DNA of 64,000 nt from Cyanidioschyzon merolae (Eukaryota), in the NCBI GenBank assembly GCA_000091205.1, contig AP006497.2; one strand, given 5' to 3'. Below are positions 41,787 to 55,500 of this stretch, one piece after another; position 1 is the stretch's first letter; every line of letters begins with the position of its first letter. Below the pieces are notes generated by a model, which was not told the DNA's origin, made no database searches, and saw only the letters and a program-made list of their open reading frames with translations. Both the position numbers and the translations under genes were made by a program.

Positions 41787-44700
41787 AATTTAGCTTGTAA
41801 AGGCACTGAAGCGGAGCTCGCTGACCATCGATGACCTGCAGCAGCATGGAAGAGAAACGGTCTTTGCAAGGTGCACATGAAGAAGCCGATTACCCGCAGA
41901 GTCGACGACGGGACTTGCAGGCGAGACTCGCGAAGCGCCAGCCCTGGTAGCACTCGTCTTATTTCGAGTCTGGGATACTGGGAACAATGGAAAAAGGATT
42001 CGGGTGTCGTTTCGTGAAACGTTGCAGTAACTCGTTGTATGTCGGAGTTGTATGCAGAGCGGTACATTCGGGAACTACTGTAAGAGGACGTTGTTTTGTT
42101 TGTTCTTTTTTCTCGCGGATATTCTACACAAGGATTGCATGCTGTATATTGGAGAAAGATTGCATGAAGACACGATACGATGCTTGATGGATTGCGGAAA
42201 TCGGCCTCGCTTGTACATGTCAGTTATTCTACGGGATGCAGGTGGTTGAATTGCCGGTCACGCCGTCCTTGTTCTCAACGTCGTGCACCGAAAACGGGAC
42301 TTGTAAAAATCGGTGTACACGACACTCTCCCTATCAATCCAGTAAAAGGCGTGCATTCTCGGAGAAAAGTCTACAATAGAAGCAACAGGATGTGAGGTTT
42401 CTGTACCGCTGACACGAACGTGGATCAAGAGACGCGAAAGCACAGAGAATGATGTGCACATTTATGGGCATGCGTCGCGCCTTGAACAAAAAGCATATAA
42501 TGTATGTTACACGAGCAAGCGATTGATTGCTGCAGGAAGGACTGGTGCGGGTCTCAGTGTATGCGGCTTGATTCTAGACAAGTGGTATTCCTGTATGCAC
42601 GTACTCGGAGTCGCGCAATCTGCAATGCGGAAAAAAATGAAACACGCGAGCGCAGTGACAGCACCAGAAGTCACAGTGATTCTACTATAAGGGCACCAAC
42701 GGAACACCGAACGCTCAGGAATGTTCGACGCCTCATGTTTCACTGAAGCTCTCCACGTGGTTACCCATTCTCGCTTTCTTTGGTCCTGTTCATGGAGAAC
42801 GATGCTTTCCCGAACATAAAAGCGGTCATGGAATACACAGCTGAGTTTTGCGCTGAGCTGCCCTTCTTTCAGACGTTTTCTTCTCGGTTCAATCGAGTCG
42901 AATCCATAGCGTTTCTGCCTTGATGGAGCGTCTGCACCGGCGCGTTTGGTGCTATTGTAGACGCTCACGGCAGGCTGAGCGCACAGTAGTACGGATGCAA
43001 CGACCGGTCTCTTCAGGGGGAAGGGTTGCGGTGGCTGTTGCACCTCGCATGACTCGCGTGGAATCATGACTGCCCGCCCCTATACTGATAACAACCGCGG
43101 CTTTGGGTATTCCAGCAAGTGGAAATGCGGGGAAATCAAGTAAATTCCATCCAAAGGCGTCGTCTTTGTCGTCTAGCGCTATTTCTATGCTCATGGATCA
43201 ATTTACAACTCATTCGGACCGAAGGAAACGTTCTTCGACGAGTCTTTCTCTACTTTTTCCTGTCCTGAACCACAGCGCAGCTTCGAATCCTGTGCACGGG
43301 AGGGAGCGAAACGGCGTGCATCTATTCTTGGGCGTACGCACAACCGAGACAACGATGAAACCCGACGTGAGGAATCCTTGGTACATGCACAGGAGAGGCG
43401 AGGTGCCGCACCAACGGCCATCAAAGGTGTCTGATTCGCGCTAAAACATGAATATGGAGTGCAGTGAACGCATTGGTGCCACTCTGTTGAATTATAGTGT
43501 AAGAGAAAATTCTACGCGACAAATCAGAGCAAGATAATCCTAGAGTGCAGACGGGTGAACACATCGAGGAAAAAATGTTTGCACATGAAAGAAAGTTCTG
43601 AAACTATTAGAAAAGGAACTCCCTGTGAAAGCTCACCAACGGGAAGATCGCTTCAACTGGTGAGATGCAGAACGCCTTTCGAGCATCTTTCTCATAGATA
43701 GCTCACATCGCCTCTCTCGCGTTGGCGCATACCGTCAAGCTACTGGTCGTGCGAGTTCGGGGCAGAGGGCTTTCAGCTGTGCAGTTTATTCTGGAATTTT
43801 TCAATCAAATCGTCGTACAAGTACCGGTGCTCAGGCAGAGGATGCAATACAACCCGATCGCCGGGTCAGGGATTTGCAAAGACGCTCCTCTGAATCCCTT
43901 GACAGGTCGCCGTGCTAGCCCGGCGATCGGAGTATCTACTGCGCCGGTGCCGAAAAGTTTCATACCGATCTCAAAAAAACTGCATGAAATCAGGGTTCAT
44001 GTCGAGCGCTTCGAGAGTCGCGCTCTGTTGCCGTTGGAAACTCACTGTACTGGCACCGGGAAGCAGGGACCGTTGCAAGAGATTCTAGGTTTCAGACAGT
44101 ACATCAATGTCCAAATGGCCTATGCGGACGAATTGTGGCAAGCGTACCCGCGATCAAGCAGAAACTGCCGACTGTTCCAGTTCTACAACGGTAAGAGGCG
44201 TGAACTCGTCAGCTTGTTCAATGAGCTGGAAGAAAAAATCATCGATAACTCGCAACGTTTGGTGTTCGTCAAGAGAGCTGGACGTACTGCAGTGCACAAA
44301 GGCTGCGCTCCTGCGTCATCGACTTGAACGCATGATGCGTACATGAACCAATGCTGCACGTTTCCCATCGATGGGTTTACGACGGTATAGACGCTCGACG
44401 AGCACATGAAGACGCTGAAACAGATAGGAAAGAAAAACGTGAAACGGAGACGGATGCAAGAGATGGTGTTTGGTTGTCGGAGCAAACGTCAGATGGCTAG
44501 AGAATCGATGGTGAGCTGGTTCTGATGATATGATTCCATGAGCAAGGATGTGCTCGAGGACATTCTAAACATTGATCTCAATGCCTCTATCAACCATTCG
44601 AAATGTCTCGTACTTTTGAAGTGTCTTGAGGCTTCGCCTCGAGAGAACATTCAAGGAAATCATTCGGTGTTCAATGTGGATGTGATGCTGAAATGCTGCA

Positions 44701-47700
44701 GACTTTCAATGAAAAAATCAGTGGACAACACAGAGGTCACTAGATTCTCGCCTGTAGCGGTGCATTAGCGACGTGCGCTGGGCAGTCAAGCAAGCACGGC
44801 TGGAGCAACGTATTCACAACGGGAACGATTTTCCCGGGCACTTGCTGAAAGATGATTTTGTTCTGTTGTGCGATGTTCGTGCGTCACCTGATACGTAATG
44901 GGCGCTTCGTGTCAGTCGCTTCCAATCAAACTTTGTGGCGTGCATGACATCTCCCGATGATTTCGAGCGAAAATCCCGTGTTGGATTCGTTATTGGACGT
45001 AGGCTGCAGTTCGAGGTTTTCGTCTGCCTGCACGCCTCCGTCCACGAAAATGTGTTTTCGAGGATTGGCTTCACTGCACCATGACTGGATTCCATGCGAA
45101 TAGCAGGCTGTCAACTTGCGCCCTGACTGCGAATTGTCGCTACATGCTGAGCGGTTTGGAATGCTTCTGCATGTCCTAGCGAGTCGACAAGAGCTCTCTT
45201 GCTGCAGAGGCACGAAGGATACCCCTGATGCCTCGGATCTATCGACCGTGGAAAGCGTTCGCACGGGAGATACGTCCAGATGCTCACGTAAGTACGCACA
45301 ACGAGAATATGAAAGAAGGTGCTGCTCCGAATCGTCTCTTCTTCGAGGTATGCGCCTGAAGAAGAGCTTTTGGGGATAAGGTGCGGTTTATCCACGGTGG
45401 GTGCATGCGAGCAGTGGTGTAGACGGAATCGTCTGAACCTCGGAGTGCCCAGGGCTCGCGACTGGCGCCCAAGTCATCAAGTTGCTGCCGAGACTTCGAC
45501 AGGAGTTCGCGTACGAGGAGTGCTGTCGGGCGGCCAACAACTCGTGTCTCGCAGTCGGTCGAGTCGCATCACATCCTGCGTGGAGACGGAAGCTATCCGC
45601 TCGATGTCTCGGTGGACCAACGCCTTCCTCGAGGTGCGCATTGATGCCGATGTCCGTCTATATCCGGCAATAAGATCGCAACCGCAACGGCTACCTGCTC
45701 GTTGGTCGGCAAACAGCGGACAACCAGTCGGCGCGCTTGAACCCTCTACCAAAACTCATCATCTTGTGCTCGCTCGTTATCAGCGTATCCGGAAGCTGGA
45801 TTGGTTGCAGGTTTCAGATAAAGCGCACTGAGGCTTGCACCTGTTGGCAAGGCCGAGCCAAAAAGTGCCACTCGTTCAGGGCGCCCCGTGCGGGCGTGGC
45901 GCTCGCGGGATACGTATTGGACTGGCACTGCTACGAACTTTACCACAGCGTCTAAGCTAAACTCCCGCCTGCTGTAGTGTATGAGCAGCACAGCGCTGCG
46001 TAGCGTGAATCTGGCCCGAGTCCCGACACTTTGAGGCTCGTCTTGGATATGATGCGTTCTTGGCGGTGCAGCAGCTCCGCTCACAGCACTGCGCACCAAG
46101 GTCTGTGAAGCGGCGCCTTACTCGCCAGTCTTGGTTATGTTGCAGCGCGCTGAGGCATTCTGAGATTGCAACCTGCACTCGAGCTCGACACATTCTGAGG
46201 AACTTCCGGCGTTCAGGGTTCGATAAACACAGGTGGTAGGTGGCCACCACACGCCAGTACTGTTGGAGGGCTCGTTTCGCTTGCGCCGAAAGCCACTGTA
46301 CGTACATAGACGGTACCGATATGCGCTCTTCTGCTTTCAGCAAGTGTGCTACGCTACTGGTGCAAACTGGACAGAGGTGGTATATGCGTGCCTCCTCTAT
46401 TGCCTTCTCAAGGTGAGCGTACGCGTCCACAAACTGAGACCAGGCCCAGATGCGATACATTCCTATGCCATTGGCGCGATAGGGAGAACATTTCAGGCGA
46501 GGCATGGAACTTCAACTACTGAGCCAAGTCTTCCAACAAGTTTCAGGAACCGAATGTTATTTATGAATTAGCTAGTGTCGTGTCTTGAGCAGACCAAGGC
46601 TTGGGTTGCGCTGTTCATCGACAGGTGGACAAGCATCCATTTGACCAGAGAGTGATTGTTGGACATCTACGGTTCCTCTTCTGGATGGTTTAGATCCTTG
46701 AAATCAGGAAGCAGGTCGCCGTGATCTTGAACGAATTCCTTCGTAGGCAAAATGCCAGTCGCAGGTCTCAATGGGGCGGCCCTCACTTTCTCCCGCGTTG
46801 TATGATACGGTCTCTCGCTGAAGCGCGAACTGCGGATGGAGAGCCATGCCAAATCCATGCAACCCTTGCTGCTTTTTATGGAATGTGTGCTGTCTTGCAT
46901 GCTGTTCCTAATCACACTGCCGTGTACTTCAAGGCGATGAGCGGCATGCTTGGCGCTGTCGGATGCGAGCGACCGAGCATCATCTAAACCGTCGTTCCGG
47001 TCGAGGATGAAAGTACGACATAGCCGCTGCGGCGGTGTCGCGGAGCGGTGCCTGTATTTGACCTCTTAAAATTGGATCTTTTTTTCGAAGCTGTATGCGC
47101 ATCAAGGCAGTCTGGTGAAGCACGAAGGACGCTCGAATGCATTAAAATCCTCCAAAGAGAGACTAGCGGAGTGGGACGTTTGGAATGACCGAGCGAGCTG
47201 TGACCTGTATTGTCGGATTTTTTGGTCTATAGTATAGCAAACAGGAGCTTTTCATTCGTCACTGAGAAAGCGGCCTGCAATGGCATCAGGTTAAAAAATA
47301 CACAACGCGTCAATGACAAAATGGAATCATGCTCGTCTGGGACCGACTTGATTTGCCCACTTATAGGCCGGGCGCTGACTGATATGGTTGCCTACTGCTA
47401 GAGCACGTTTTCGAAGGATTCGCAATAGCGCAGGGCACCATACCTGGGTCCCGGTCTCAGGGCGGAGTCACCATTGGCATGTTGTTCTGGTAGAGCACCT
47501 GACCCGCCACAGGGCCAACATGTACACAGATGCAAGCACTCTGGATAACCCTGCTCAAGTACGCACTTTGCTCGTCCTAAACCAAGTGTAGAGATGTTGC
47601 GGGACTAGGGCATACACCTGTTGCGTATGGGCGTGCGTGCGGGCTTCTCGCCACATCTTTGCATACTTCCGACAAACGCCTTACAGATTCATCAACAACC

Positions 47701-49512
47701 TATTCAAGGATCGTTGATCGACAGACAAAAGACCGCCGTGCTGGTTATTCTCAAGACGTTCAGGTACAACAATAGAGACGTCAGAAAGAAACCGAAAGTG
47801 TCTTCTTCCTGGGCCCCACTCGATAAAGTTTGAGTCTCTTTCTACTGCTTTCGACAAACCAGCCTTTTTGCAAGCGTTCTCTGTGACCGCTTTCACTTCC
47901 AGTGTCTCTCATCTCGGGACTGGCATCCGTCGGTGTCTCTGTTCCTTCAAGCACTGTTGTCAGCACTCGGACGATAAGGGTAGCTACGTCCGAAAGCCGA
48001 ATTGGCCGCTTCCTGCTGTTGCCAACGCTTTTCATCTACAGACGATCATTCTATGTACGCTTTGCTCACCAGGTCCATCTCCTTCGTTTCAGCTTTATTG
48101 GGGCCTTTGCATGTGCGGCAGTAGACTCTGAACAGGTGCTTCCGCACGGCCATCACCCTTTCTCCCACGATCGCCGCGCTGAGGGCCATGAGGACGTTCT
48201 TCACCTCTGAGCACATGCCGATGACGGGCACAGAAGCTCCCCTTCGGTACTCTACGCTGTTTCGGCGCCCGATGCCGAGTCTTGCAAACAGAGGCTTCCT
48301 CTGGCCCTGCACCTCGGCTGGAGCTCTGCGCGCTGTACAAGCAAGCATATTCTGTCCCATTCGATAGACTATTCGTGGACTGCGATGTTCTCCGTGATGA
48401 AAGAACTACCAGAAAGAATATAGAATTAGAGAACCGGCAGAAAAATTCCGGTTTAGCTCTTCTCTCGTCGGGCAGAACCGTGACCGGCGCGGGAGTGGGA
48501 GCGATCACGGCGGTGACAAAGTTTCTAATCCATGACCCTCATCGGTGCTAACTGAAGGTACGGAGCTCCGGGGAGCATACCCACTGAGCGGTTTCAGGCT
48601 GCTATCGAATCTTTTTTCGTCGTTGACAACAATGAGAGGAATCTGGTGTCGTTCGAGCGAGATCGATTCTTTAAGGTAACAAGTACATGGACCGTTCCGC
48701 ATGAACTTGTGAGCAAGTCATCTGGCGACGACGTCGAGAATCTCACCTTGTCAATACATCGGCACGAGTTGCTGCGTCTACAATTCTTGTTGACACAACG
48801 ATACCGGAAAACCGGAATGATGTATGATTTCGCGATTGCTTCATGCGATGGAAGGAGACGAACGGAGATTTCCACATACAAAATGGATAATGGCTTCAGT
48901 CAAGTTACCGACCATGGTTCTAGGAGGTCGCGAAACATCCTAACTCTGGTGAAGTAACGAATTCTAGCAGCAAAGCGTCCCCGCTATCCGTCCGATGAAA
49001 CGATCGAGAATCCGAAAACGATCGAAATAAAAACGAAAGCCCTTACTGATGCGCTTTGAGTACCCCAAGGCTGAATACCTACAAAAACATGCAAGAATGA
49101 AATCTACGAAAAACGCGAGTACTTTTGCTTTCGCTTTGAATCCTTCATAGGTGGAAAGTTGATGGCTTCGTAGTACGCAGCATCGCTTTCGTGCAAAAGC
49201 GCTTTACAGAGAGGGTATGTGGAGCACGGCTAGGCGGCCGTCTCCCAGCGCTCAACCTCGACATGTCCATATTGTCCAGCCACGATTTTGGCCAGCAACG
49301 CTTTCGCGGTTGTGTGGAGTAGCAGCAGCTCACGATTTCTGTTAGAGCAGTCGGGGCCGATCTTTGTTGACCACGAGGTCTCCACTGTTTCATAGTCAGT
49401 AGTGCTAAACAAATTATCAGAGGTTGCTGAATACAGGAAGAACGTAGGGAACGATCGTACCGGTTCTGGTGAAAGCACTACGTGCGAGCCTTTCCCCGCG
49501 AACACGCTCTGA

Positions 49513-52500
49513 ATGGCGGGTTCGACGCTTCCGGGTAGCTCACCTGGGGACGAATCAGTTCGGGAAACGTCCACTCCAGAGCCACCCGCGACTGATGGAA
49601 ACAGTAACATGGACGGAGAGGGATCTGTATCCGAAATAACGGCGATGAGGAGCAGAACTTCTGTCTCGAACGACGCACTTGTGCTGGAACGGAACAGTGA
49701 GCAGCGTGTAGACCAAGACACTTGGGTGCGTAGCCGGGAGCCTGCAGCCAGCGCTCGCGAGCTATCTCCTGATCTTGGGCCCATGCAACCGGGTGCATCG
49801 CCTGAAACAGCTGCGGAAAGCGATAGTGAAGAGGCGTCGGGGTGTGCGTCGCCTGCGCTTGCCTCTGGATCAAGTGCCGACTCGCCGCACTCGCCGCAGT
49901 TTCCTGTTCAAAGCGCTGAAAACGATAACCCGACTTTAAAAGAGATGCAAAAGGCGAGCCCCGCCTCGATCGCGGAGTCAGGTACCCAGGAAAGCTTTCC
50001 AGGAGAGAGAGACTCACCTGTTCCAGTACACTCGCTGGCCTCGACCCTGGAGGAAATAGGCAAGCCGGTGGCAGCGGAGCGCAAAAACTCTGCAAATGAG
50101 AACGCAATCGTGCCAACTGAGCCGGAGATGCACGCCCAGGTGCTTTCCAGGCGTGCTGATGGACACGAATACGTCGACGAAGACGAGACAGCGTCAACTG
50201 GGCCCTCGCCTACGGTGACGACAACACCGACGGCTCACAAACACGCTGGCTTGCTGACTAGTCGCCCTGGGCAGAAGAGTGCGGAAGCAGCTCGTCTTCT
50301 CGCGCTCCGCGGCCTACGCCGCATTGTGGAAACCTGCACTTCTCGAAAGTACGCGGAAACGGTCGCCAGTTGTCGACGAGCGATCGAGAAACTGGAAGTG
50401 GGCACGGAGCCTGACGTTCCTGAGGTGCTTGAAGCCATCAAGAAAGCAATTTATTGCGGCAAAATTGTCGCTGCAGATATTGCCCTTGATACACTGCATC
50501 GATTGCTCACCTATGGCTACGTTGATCCGTTGCGAGGTGCTGATCTTGACGCCGAGCAATTTGAGAATCTGATTGAATGCGCCTGCTCCTGTATTGACAC
50601 GAAGGATGAAGGGGTGTATATCCGTCTGACGCAGGTTTTACTTGCTTCAGCTACGAGTACCGTTTACGGCTTACATCAGACAGTATTACTTGCGGCAGTG
50701 CGCACCCTCTACAACATCTACTTGTCGAGCAAATCGAGTGCGACGCAGACGACGGCCCGCGCTGCAATCATCCAGATTGTGAGCCTTGTATTCGGTGCAC
50801 TCCAGGGCGTTCCGGTATCCACTGAATCGATGCTTTCGACGGGTTCACTGGAGCCAACGGCTATGCTAGCCGGAACCTTGTTGGTGCACCGCAAATATCG
50901 GCAGCGAGAGGCAGCTTCCGGTGCGGGCGACGACCCGGAAGCGGTTTCGCAATCGTCGATTGTCGTGCCGGGGCAGGCAACCGCCGCATCCAAAGGCGTC
51001 CTCGATCTCGAACCTGTTGAGCAGTGTCGAAAGGATGCATATTTGCTCTTCCGAGCTCTGTGTAAGCTGGCTTCGAAGCAAAGCACAGAAAACAGCAGCC
51101 TACCGACCGAGTCGATACCCATCCGATCCCGTCTATTGGCGTTGCAGCTCATACGCGATATCACTGAGACTTGCGGGGCGGCACTGCTTCAGCACGAACG
51201 CTTCGTGTTTGCGCTGCGTGAGTACCTCGTACCGACCGTTCTTCAGAACTGTATGATCCCGAATCCGCAAGTCCTTGACGTTGCCTTGCAGCTTTTCGAG
51301 CGAATGCTGCAGCTCTACAGAGCCGCCCTCAAACTCGAGATTGCCGCTCTCTTCCATGCGGTCGTGTTTCGCTTTCTGGAGAGTTTGACGGTCGCTCCGT
51401 GGCAGCGACTCCGCATCTACCAGACCGTCGAATGCGTTGTCCGTGATCAGCAGCTGCTCATGGATCTCTTTGTGAACTACGATTGTGACGTGAGCTCGCC
51501 CAAGATCTTCGAACGTCTTGTCGATGATCTCAGTCGCCTTGCGATCGCCGCCTTGCAGAGCGGAGGTCCGCGCAAGCTCTCTGCTGCGGACCGGAAGCGC
51601 TGCCTGGAGCTCCTGGCTACCATGCTGCACTCGCTGAAAGAGTGGAGTCAGCCACTGGTCGATGCACGTCGGCAACTTGGAATCGACGACGAAGACGTGT
51701 TTCAGGTGCTCGCAACTCCGTCCGCGCCTGTCGACGAGCGGAACGCTGCCGATGGCGTTCCTTCGTCGTCGTCGTCGTCGTCGTCGTCGTCTTTGGGGCA
51801 GCACTCCAGCGCCACAGAGGTGGGCTCTGGTCTTTCGGCTGTTAAGCCGGTCGGCACCTCGAACGGTTCGGCTGCACCGCTCGCTGAGCGCTCTCTTATC
51901 GAGTCGCTACGGCGAAAACGCGAACTGCAAGAAGTGGCCGAAACCTTTAACAGGGACGCTGTAGAGGGCGTGCGGCTCGCCGCCAGCAAGGGCCTCGTGG
52001 ATGCCGCAGACTCCTCCAGCGTAGCTGGGTTTCTGCGGAACTACGCCGGGCTCGATCGTCGGCAAGTTGGCGAGTACCTGGGCGGTGCAGATCCTTTCCA
52101 AGTGAAAGTTATGCATGCTTTTACGGATATGGTAGATTTTAGTAACATGCGTATCGACGTGGCGCTACGGAAGCACCTTTCCGCGTTTGTACTGCCGGGG
52201 GAGGCCCAGAAAATCGATCGCATTGCAGAAAAGTTCGCCCAGCGGTATTGCGCCTGCAATCCTACGCTTTTTGCCAGTGCGGATACGGCGTACATCCTTG
52301 CGTATTCCATCATTATGTTGAACACGGATTTGCACAATCCACATATTCGTCGCAAAATGTCGCTAGAGGATTTTATCAGGAACAATCGGGGTATTAACGA
52401 TGGCGCGGATCTGCCTCGAGAGCTTCTCACCGATATCTATCGAAGCATTCAGGCGGAAGAGTTGCGTCTTCTGGACTCGATGACGGGATCCTGGGGTGTG

Positions 52501-55500
52501 AACGATTTTCGGTACCCGGCAGCTATCCAGTCTGGTGAACAGCAGCGTGCAACGCTCTTTAAAGAGGAGAGCGAGCGACTGCTAACGCAGACGCGTGAGC
52601 TTTTTGCGCAGCGACGCCACATACAGTCGTTGCCGCCGTCTGGTAGAGCGGCTTCGCCAGAGCGCTCGAGTCGTGCGGAACAGTCTCAACCAGGAGCCAG
52701 AGCAGATGCGGGATTGAGGGCGACTGGCAATCCTTTGGACGCCCAAGTACCTGTCACCGAAGTCTACTACACAGCAAACAACGTGGGTCATGTGCGTTTG
52801 ATGCTCGAGGTCAGTTGGCAACCCATCCTTGCCGGGCTCTCGCAGATCCTGGAGAACACCCCAGACACCGACCGAGAGCTCCTGGCGCTATGCATCGATG
52901 GATTCTCGGTTGCGGTCCAAATCGCTTCACTTTTTGAGATGGGCACTGAACGGCAAGCCTTGGCATCGGCGCTTGCCAAGTTTACCAAATTGCACGCTCT
53001 ACCAGATATCCGTCTCAAGAACGTTGACTGTATCCGAATCCTCCTGAAAATCGCACTTGAGGATGGCGATACGCTCGGTGAGACCTGGGTGGATGTGCTG
53101 CGCGCCGTCTCCCTGCTGCAGCAGTATCGAGCGGTACTCTGGCCGGGCACTCGAGACGGCACGTCACTGCCGGTATCGCCCGGGGGGCGCACACCTACTG
53201 CCAATGAAAGCGATGTTCAGGGTCGCAACAGCGAAGCTGCAGTGGACGCGCTGGATGCTCTTGCCGCGCTCCAGCACGTCGAGGCGGATTACGACGAGGC
53301 TTCTGGTCTCAGGTCGCGCCCCGGTGAGTCGCTTCCTCGCCGTACTACGGCCGAGGCGCCGAACTCCCCGGTACCGCTCATTCCGGCCGCTGTTCGGGAG
53401 CAACTAGTGCACGTGCTCCAGAGTCCCGACTTGGATCGTCTGTTCATGCAGACGACCTCGTTGAGCGCCGCAGCTATGTTGGATTTTATGGAAGCGCTTT
53501 GCCTAGTTGCCGCTGAGGAGCTCGATGTCTCGCCCGCACCGCGTTTCTTCTGTCTAAGGCAGATGGTACGCGTTGCTCATCTCAATATGGATCGCATCAG
53601 ACTGGAATGGTCGCGAATTTGGAAGCATATCGCCAACTTTTTGGAATACTGCTTGCAGCGAAAACAGCGACCTGTAGTCGGCATCAGAGCGCTCGATGCC
53701 CTGCGCGATATGGCTCGCAAATTTCTCGAGAAAGAGGAGCTGAGCAATTTCAACTTTCAGCGAGAAGTGCTACAGCCGCTGGAGCGCTGCTTTGAGCTCG
53801 ACGTGAGCGAAATGCTAAAGCTCCGCACCCTCTCCGTCGGTGAAGTGCTGGTGCGGGAGCACGCCACCCGCATGCGCTCTGGATGGAAGTGCATCTTTAC
53901 TGTGCTGCAGCGGGCGGCAGAGGAGCGTTCTGAAAAGGTTGTGGAGCGTGCCTTTTCTCTTTTGGATTTTATTGTGCGCACCTATTTCGGGGAGATTCCC
54001 GAAGTCTTTGTCGACGGGATTCATACGCTTGCCGTCTTTGCTGTGAATCGAGTATCCACGACTTGTGCGACGCAGGCCGTAGAGCACATAGGTGTGCGAG
54101 CGCCCGTCATGGTTGCCGAGCAACGAACTGGCGTCACTGGTGGACCCGCTGGCGACGACGGTAGCTTGTGGTTTCCGATCCTCACCGCTTTGGCGAACGT
54201 GTGCACAGATGGCCGTGAAGTGCTTCGTGCTTACGCCGTAGAACTGCTTTTTCGTTCGCTGTTAGAGTATGGCGGTGGTTTTTCGGGCGAGTTTTGGGTG
54301 CTCGTGTTCCGCGGCGTTCTTGCCCCGATTTTCGATGATCTGCATCATATGCCGGGTGGGGATCGCTTCGAGGAGCCACCAGCAGCTGAGACGGCCTCGG
54401 GTCAGAGCTGGGCTCAAACGACGGGTGCAGGCGCACTTCACGGCCTTTTGATGGTGTTCGAAGCGCACCATGTGCATATGAAGTCGCTCTTCACAGACAT
54501 GCTAGAGATCTTGCGTATTTGGATCTGTCAGGAGAACGAGGCAATCTGTCGCGAGGGCATGCGCTGTTTGCAGCGATTCGTTGACCAAGCTGCTGCCTGG
54601 ATGGAAGCAGCTGATTGGGATCTGGTGGTGAACTTTATCGACGATCTTGTCAGAATGATGCTGCCTGTTGATATCAGTCGCGAGGGGAGTCTCGTCCAAG
54701 ATGTTGTGGCGGGTGCGGAGCCGAAGCCCACGGGGTCGCCACGCCAAGCTGCCGTGCCTTCTACCCTGGAGCGCATCGCAGTTGCCGCAGACTCGGTGCC
54801 AGCACCCGTGCTTGAGCCAGCGCTAGAGCAGGACGCACCGCCCGGATATGCAAACGAGACCAGTGGTGCCCCGGGCGCTGCTGTGCGGCTGAGCAGAGAG
54901 TCCGTTCAATCGCCAACGGCATCTTTGCCGGGGATAGAATCAGCAACAACAGCATCAGCACCTGCGCCTGTTACCGCTAGTTCAACTCGCGTTGATATCC
55001 ATGCGGATGGTGATAGCGGGCTCCTGACTAGCATGTCGCCGGGCCAAGCCGCAGACCTCAAGGATACCGTCTCGACTGAACGACGGACATCTGGGCAGCG
55101 CTCAGCGACTCGAGGCGTTAGCGAACGGCGTCAGGCGGCTTTCGTTGCGATCCGTTGCAAATGTGTTGTGCAGCTGCTCTTGATTGAACTTGTTCGGGAT
55201 CTGGTATCGGAGCATTATCCGCGACTCGAGGCGGTACAAGTTCTGGCGCTGGGCAAGGCCGTCCACTGCTCTTTTCGATTCGCACATCGTTTCAATGCGG
55301 ATCTTGCGCTACGCTTTGACCTATGGCGGGCGGGTTTTATGTCGCAGGTTCCGAATCTGTTCAGACAGGACACAATTGGGCGAATGGTGTATTTGCAAAT
55401 CCTCTTCAGGCTGGTAGTTGACCAGCGGGCGGCATATGCAACGCAGGCGCTGGAGCCGTTGCTTGAGCTATCTGCCGAGACCTTTGCGCACTACAATCGC

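Noticed and set aside
48046-48360. Minus-strand ORF with vague L7Ae/Snu13-like feel ('GASVPVIGMCSE…')
   Set aside because: The similarity is too weak and patchy to call. No confident motif.
51133-51804. Long antisense ORFs inside the large genes, e.g. 51133..51804 −, 20562..21128 −, 3837..4154 −, 6178..6972 +, 39651..40169 −
   Set aside because: In a 60% GC coding region the antisense strand is stop-poor, and none shows conserved motifs. They are treated as spurious.
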